NCBI GenBank assembly: GCA_026391215.1
Contig: JAPLDX010000018.1
Coordinates: forward strand, 1-45,819
DNA length: 45,819 nucleotides
Origin: Bacteroidia bacterium
GTDB lineage: Bacteria; Bacteroidota; Bacteroidia; Bacteroidales; VadinHA17
Direction: 5' to 3'
This document shows, piece by piece, positions 39,832-45,819 of the stretch; the first letter of the stretch is position 1, and every line of letters begins with the position of its first letter. The notes under the pieces are model-generated. The model saw nothing but the letters and a program-made list of their open reading frames with translations. It did not search any database and was not told the origin of the DNA. A program made the position numbers and the translations under genes.

Positions 39832-41034
39832 ATGACACAAGAAAAATTAAGAATAGGAATGTTTGGATACGGCTGTGTGGGACAGGGATTGCATGATGTC
39901 CTAAACAGCAGTAAAGGCTTTAAGGCCGACATTGTAAGGATCTGTGTTAAAGACAGGAAAAAGAAGAGAAGGATACCTATGACGTATTTCACGTATGACA
40001 AGAATGATATCCTTAACGATCCGTCAATTAACCTTGTCGTTGAACTTATTGATGATGCTGATGCAGCATTCAAAATTGTGACAACGGCAATGAAAAAAGG
40101 AAAGAATGTGGTCACTGCAAACAAGGTTATGGTGGCAAAGCACTTTAAGGAGCTTGTTGACCTGCAGGAAAAATATAAAGTATCGCTTCTGTATGAAGCC
40201 TCTGCAGGTGCAAGTATTCCTATCATCAGGAACCTTGAAGAGTATTATGATAATGAGCTTTTATATTCATTAAGAGGAATTCTTAACGGAACAACTAATT
40301 ATGTCCTTACCCTTATGCACAACCAGGGGATTGATTATAATGTTGCCCTCAATGAAGCAAGGGAGAAGGGATTTGCAGAATCGGACCCTACGCTTGATGT
40401 TGACGGTTGGGACGCCAAATACAAGCTCTGCATCATTACCGGCCATGCATATGGTCTTTTTCTTGATCCGGATGAAGTATTTCACTACGGGATAAGCAAA
40501 ATCTCAAAATTTGATATTCAATATGCAAAAGAGAAAGGATTCAAAATAAAGCTTGTGCCCTTCGTTGGTAAAACCAATGAAAACACAATCACCAGTTTCG
40601 TGCTTCCCCGATTCATTTCCTCTGATAAATATCTGTATAATGTTGATAATGAATATAATGGAGTTATAGCTGAGGCTGCTTTTGCCGATAAACAGTTCTT
40701 TTCCGGCAAAGGCGCCGGCGGGCATGCAACAGGAAGCGCCGTGCTGTCTGATATTTCGGCCAACTCTTATGGATATAAATATGAGTATAAAAAATACCAG
40801 CAAGGGACCGTTACCAATTATACTCGTGATTTCAGGATTGAAGTCTATTTAAGGTATAATAATGAAAAGGACAGGGACTTATTTGGATTTGAGGAAGTGT
40901 CGGAATACTTTTGCAGCAGATTATACAAATATGCTATTGGTATTGTAAATCTCCAGCGATTATATACATTAAGAGAACAACTTGGTAAAATGGATGTTTT
41001 TATTATAAATACCGGAAGAAAGGGAATAAACTAA
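39832..41034 (+). CDS. hom: Homoserine dehydrogenase (monofunctional)
   Basis: GYGCVG, VVTANK, YEASAG..IP, GILNGTTN, GFAESDP..DVDG.D and GKGAG motifs. Confidence 0.93.
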   Translation: MTQEKLRIGMFGYGCVGQGLHDVLNSSKGFKADIVRICVKDRKKKRRIPMTYFTYDKNDILNDPSINLVVELIDDADAAFKIVTTAMKKGKNVVTANKVMVAKHFKELVDLQEKYKVSLLYEASAGASIPIIRNLEEYYDNELLYSLRGILNGTTNYVLTLMHNQGIDYNVALNEAREKGFAESDPTLDVDGWDAKYKLCIITGHAYGLFLDPDEVFHYGISKISKFDIQYAKEKGFKIKLVPFVGKTNENTITSFVLPRFISSDKYLYNVDNEYNGVIAEAAFADKQFFSGKGAGGHATGSAVLSDISANSYGYKYEYKKYQQGTVTNYTRDFRIEVYLRYNNEKDRDLFGFEEVSEYFCSRLYKYAIGIVNLQRLYTLREQLGKMDVFIINTGRKGIN

Positions 41035-41037
41035 ACT

Positions 41038-41166
41038 ACACGTACTCACCCCCCTATCCCCCCTCTCTGCTAAAGCAAAGAGGGGGGAGTAAAGATCTGA
41101 TTTACAATTAATTTCCCCCTCTTTGCTTTAGCAGAGAGGGGGAAAAAGAAAGGGGGTGAGTACATG
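41038..41166. repeat. REPIN/MITE-like double-hairpin element, family 1 copy C
   Basis: Termini acacgtactcacccccc ... gggggtgagtacatg. Hairpins ctctgctaaagcaaag and ctttgctttagcagag. Lies between hom and metH. Confidence 0.82.
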
Positions 41167-41194
41167 AATCTTAAGAAAGAAAATGTAATTTATT

Positions 41195-44100
41195 ATGAAA
41201 TCATTACTCGAAAATATTATTCAACAACGCATCCTGATCCTTGACGGTGCCATGGGCACTATGATCCAGAAACACGGGCTTCAGGAAGCTGATTACCGCG
41301 GAGCAAAATTTAAAGATCATCCGAAACTACAGAAAGGCAATAATGACCTTTTATCACTCACCAGTCCTGAGATTATTTTGGACATTCATAAAGGTTATCT
41401 TGAGGCCGGAGCAGATATTATCACTACCAACACCTTTAATGCCAATAGGATTTCCATGAGAGATTACGGCATGGAGGAACAGGTTTACAATATGAATTTA
41501 CATGCAGCCAGACTTGCTAATAAAGCTATTACCAGGTTTGAAAATTCAGATGAACCACAGCAACATTTTATTGCAGGAACCCTTGGCCCTACAAATCGCA
41601 CTGCATCAATGTCATCGGATGTTAATGATCCGGGAGCACGGTCAGTGACCTTTGATGATCTGGTGGCTGCATATTCTGAGCAGGCCCGGGGACTTATTGA
41701 CGGAGGTGCAGATATTCTTCTTGTTGAGACAATTTTTGATGTTCTGAATTGTAAAGCCGCTCTTTTTGCTATTGACTCGGTATTTGAAGAAAAGAATACA
41801 AAGCTGCCTGTAATGGTTTCGGTGACAATAACTGATGCCAGCCGAAGAACTCTTACAGGACAGACACTTGAAGCATTTCTAATCTCAGTTTCTCATTTTC
41901 CACTTTTCATTATCGGGCTTAATTGTGCGCTCGGAGCAGAACAGCTGAGACCGTTTGTTGAGGAATTATCTTCTAAATCAGGCTTCTATGTATCTGTCCA
42001 TCCGAATGCCGGACTTCCGAACCAGTTTGGCGAATATGACCAGTCAGCTGAATTCATGGCTTCAGTGACTGAAGATTTCATGAAAGAGGGATGGGTAAAT
42101 ATTATTGGAGGTTGCTGCGGAACAACACCTCAGCATATCAGAAAAATATCAGAGGCAGCAAAAAAATACAAACCGAGGATAAAACCGATAATTACCCGGT
42201 ATACAAGGCTTAGCGGGCTGGAAGCATTAACCATTACCCCGGAAACCAATTTTGTAAATATCGGTGAAAGGACAAATGTTTCAGGATCAAGAAAATTTGC
42301 TAAGCTCATTCAGGAGGAGAAATAAGGGGAAGCACTTGCAATCGCCAGGAACCAGGTGGAAGGAGGAGCGCAGGTAATTGATATATGTATGGATGAGGCA
42401 ATGCTTGATTCCGAAAAAGCCATGGTGAAATTCGTAAATCTTGTAATGTCCGAGCCCGATATAGCTAAATTGCCTTTGATGATCGATTCATCCCGGTGGA
42501 ATGTCATTGAATCAGCATTGAAATGCATCCAGGGTAAATCTGTTGTCAACTCAATAAGCCTCAAAGAGGGTGAAGAGGTTTTCCTTCATCATGCACGTCT
42601 TATAAGGAAATACGGTTCTGCAGCAGTGGTTATGCTGTTTGACGAAAAAGGACAGGCCGATACCTATGAACGAAGAATTGCAGTGGCAGAAAGATCATAC
42701 CGCCTGTTGATTGACAAGCTTGGATTTCCTCCGGAGGATATGATATTCGATCCTAATGTGCTGGCAGTCGCTACAGGCATTGAGGAACATAATAATTATG
42801 CAGTTAATTTTATCCGTACAATCCAGTGGATAAAGCAAAATCTCCCTTATGCAAAAGTCAGCGGAGGCATAAGCAATTTGTCATTTTCCTTCAGGGGGAA
42901 TGACAGGGTCCGTGAAGCAATGCATTCAGTGTTCCTGTTCCATGCAATAAAAGCAGGGTTGGATATGGGTATTGTAAATCCGGGCATGTTGCAGGTCTAC
43001 ACCGAAATACCTGAAGATCTTCTTGAACTCACTGAAGATGTTGTTCTGAACCGGAGAAAGGATGCTACTGAAAGGCTGGTAAAATTTGCCGAAGGATTGA
43101 AAAGTGAAGGAAAAAAGGAGGAAAAAAGTGATGAATGGAGATCATTGCCTGTTATCGATCGAATTAAACATGCTCTGATAAGAGGTTTTGATGAATACAT
43201 TGAACAGGATGTTGAGGAGGCACGTTCCCTGTTTTCAAGATCTATTGAGCTGATTGAAGGTCCCCTGATGGGAGGGATGAACGAAGTGGGTGACCTGTTC
43301 GGCTCTGGAAAGATGTTCCTTCCGCAGGTGGTAAAAAGCGCCAGGGTGATGAAGAAAGCTGTTTCCAGGCTGGCTCCTTATATCGAGAAAGAAAGTGAGA
43401 ATGAAGAGAAAAAGACAGCAGGCAAGATCCTGCTGGCTACAGTTAAGGGTGATGTCCATGATATCGGTAAAAATATTGTCAGCGTTATACTGTCATGCAA
43501 CAATTATGAGGTGATCGATCTGGGCGTGATGACACCAGCAGAAAAAATCATTAACACGGCTATAAAGGAAAATGTCGACATAATCGGACTCAGCGGATTA
43601 ATTACCCCTTCTCTTGAGGAGATGGTCCATGTCGCTGCTGAAATGGAGCGGAGGAAGCTGGCTTTGCCTCTTCTCATTGGCGGAGCAACAACTTCCGAGA
43701 TCCATGCTGCAGTCAAAATTGCACCTGCTTATTCACATCCTGTGATACATGTAAAAGATGCATCAAAAGCGGCAGGTATTATTTCTGAGCTCCTGCGCAA
43801 AGATAACAGTCAGTATGTTTCTTCAATATCCGTGAAGTACGGTAAACTAAGGGAAGAACATATCGCAAGGCGTGAAGAAAGAAAATTGCTTACTATAAAC
43901 GAAGCCAGAGAAAATAAGCTTATCACAGACTGGGATAATATGGAGTTTAATAAACCATTGAAACCCGGCCGTCATGTTTTCAATGAGCTTGACCTGAAAG
44001 AACTTACAAAATACATTGACTGGACATATTTCTTCTATGCATGGAAATTATCAGGAAGATATCCTGCAATTTTCAGTGATCCCGTCAAGGGCAGCGAAGC

Positions 44101-44836
44101 AAAGAAATTATATGACGATGCCCTGTCTTACCTTAAAGAAATAATAAGCCGCAAAATTATTACTGCAAAAGCTGTGTTCGGAATATATCCTGCTGTTTCG
44201 GATGGTGATGATGTCATTGTTTATCCGGAGACTAAACATAAGATTATTTTCAGATTTCTGAGGAACCAGGAACATAAAGAAAAAGGAGTCCGTAATCTTT
44301 CTCTGGCCGATTATATAGTTCCGGGATCCATGGGAAAAACTGATAATCTTGGCGCTTTTGTAGTGTCTGCCCATATTGATGAAAAGGCAATCGGCAGATA
44401 CAAGGATGATGATTATGCCATTATTATGATACGGATATTGAGCGATCGCATCGCCGAGGCTTCAGCAGAGTGGCTTCATGAAAAGATACGCAGGGAATAC
44501 TGGGGATTTGCCGCTTATGAAAAGCTTACTGTTGAAGAGATGCTGGCAGTAAAGTACAGAGGAATAAGGCCGGCTCCAGGTTATCCTGCATGTCCCGATC
44601 ATACTGAAAAACGAGTTCTGTTTGATCTTCTTGATGCAGAAAAGCTGATAGGCACCGGACTGACAGAGAATTTTGCAATGATCCCGCCTGCATCAGTGAG
44701 CGGTTATGTATTCTCACATCCTGCTTCATCCTATTTTAATATCGGTAAGATAGGACCGGACCAGCTTAAAGATTATGCTTCACGAAAGAACATGAATGTT
44801 GAAGAGGCTGCCAGATGGCTTGCCCAAAATTTATAA
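41195..44836 (+). pseudogene. metH: B12-dependent methionine synthase interrupted by one in-frame TAA at 42323-42325 (nonsense allele or sequence error)
   Basis: The two track ORFs are in the same frame. Motifs: [29 protein letters not shown] (B12) and RPAPGYP. The junction reads [14 protein letters not shown]. Confidence 0.85.
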
Positions 44837-44846
44837 TATATTAAAG

Positions 44847-45800
44847 ATGAGTGTTATAGACAAAATACAAAGTGCAAGGAGACCATTATTCACATTTGAG
44901 CTGCTGCCTCCGCTTAAAGGACACAGCATTGAAAGAGTATATGCGGCAATTGACAGGCTGGTCGAGTTTCAGCCAGCATATATAAACTTTACAACTCATC
45001 GTAATGAAATAACCTACAAGGAAAGGAGTGACGGGCTTCTTGAGAAACGGGTGACACGTCTCAGACCGGGGACGATCGCCCTTGCTGCAGCAGTAAAATA
45101 TAAATATAATATTACTGTAGTTCCCCATATCCTGTGTGGTGGTTTTACCAGGGAAGAGACTGAAAATGTGCTGATTGAAATGAACTTCCTGGGTATTGAC
45201 GATGTCCTTGCCTTAAGAGGAGATCCCCAGAGAGGCAGCCGCATCTTCATACCCGAAAAAGAAGGGCATACTCATACCTTTGAGCTAGTGAAGCAGATAG
45301 TCAATATGAACAATGGAAAATACCTCGAAGAATCTCTTGAAGACACCATTTCCACCAATTTCTGTGTTGGTGTCGCCTGTTATCCTGAAAAACATGTTGA
45401 AGCTCCAAACATTGAGACTGATATGGAGAACCTTAAACATAAGGTCGAATCCGGGGCAAGTTATATTGTTACCCAAATGTTTTTTGATAACAGCAAGTTT
45501 CTCAGGTTCAGGGATGAATGCAAAAAGATTGGGATTAATGTCCCTGTAATCGCAGGACTGAAGCCAATATCAGCTCTTAATGATATAAGGCTTCTTCCTC
45601 AGACCTTTCACATTGACGTACCTGGCGACCTTGTTTCAGCAATAAAAAAATGCACAACGGATAAAGAAGCCCGGGAAGTCGGGATAGAATGGGCGGTAAT
45701 GCAATCAAGGGAACTTATTAAAGAAGGTGTTCCCGGAATACATTATTATACTCTCGGCCGGTCAGATAATGTTGCCAGGATTGTGAAGGCAGCTTTCTGA
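44847..45800 (+). CDS. metF: Methylenetetrahydrofolate reductase
   Basis: FELLPP, RPGT, PHILCGGF, ALRGD, VACYPEKH, VTQMFFD and HYYTL. Start taken at MSVIDKI (44847). Confidence 0.95.
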   Translation: MSVIDKIQSARRPLFTFELLPPLKGHSIERVYAAIDRLVEFQPAYINFTTHRNEITYKERSDGLLEKRVTRLRPGTIALAAAVKYKYNITVVPHILCGGFTREETENVLIEMNFLGIDDVLALRGDPQRGSRIFIPEKEGHTHTFELVKQIVNMNNGKYLEESLEDTISTNFCVGVACYPEKHVEAPNIETDMENLKHKVESGASYIVTQMFFDNSKFLRFRDECKKIGINVPVIAGLKPISALNDIRLLPQTFHIDVPGDLVSAIKKCTTDKEAREVGIEWAVMQSRELIKEGVPGIHYYTLGRSDNVARIVKAAF

Positions 45801-45819
45801 CCCCCGGCCAGCTAAAGCT
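45800..45819. repeat. Start of another REP element with the GGCCAGCTAAAGCT palindrome, cut off by the window end
   Basis: acccccggccagctaaagct is the reverse complement of 33861-33880 and directly abuts the metF stop. Confidence 0.75.

Noticed and set aside
42323-42325. Stop-codon reassignment or Sec/Pyl recoding at the metH TAA
   Set aside because: TAA is the ordinary terminator for many genes in this window, Sec and Pyl use TGA and TAG, and no other gene has an internal stop.
41195-44836. Naturally split two-gene metH
   Set aside because: The break lies inside the folate-binding domain, both parts are in frame, and the intervening codons still encode MetH-like sequence.

Overview
A mostly core-genome region from a Bacteroidota organism, probably Bacteroidales-like, judged from the TAnnTTTG promoters, the T9SS genes and the DUF4270/DUF4954 genes. 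In order it holds: a partial HU-CCDC81/SPOR-type gene; a wbpE-wbpD-wbpB-galE-rfbB nucleotide-sugar operon; a minus-strand GT5-domain/DUF4270/glmS/DUF4954 unit; panC-panD-flippase-like-radA; PBP1A; topA, a degenerate arginase-fold gene and the T9SS core porP-gldKLMN. Next comes a minus-strand five-gene RiPP-like tailoring cassette (PqqD/RRE, HprK-like kinase, anchorless S26 peptidase, ABC exporter, nucleotidyltransferase) with no visible precursor or cyclase. It is followed by rnr, cysS-ispG and a methionine operon (metY-metX-hom-metH-metF). The met leader has a SAM-I riboswitch followed directly by a 22-codon Met-rich leader ORF that the ORF track misses, and metH is broken by a single in-frame TAA. 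Several families of REP/REPIN-like palindromes lie between genes; one supplies the ispG stop codon and recurs at the window end. The best candidates for new biology are the orphan RRE-kinase-peptidase-NTase cassette and the tandem SAM-riboswitch/Met-leader-peptide control element. All calls come from motif recognition by eye; no searches were run.
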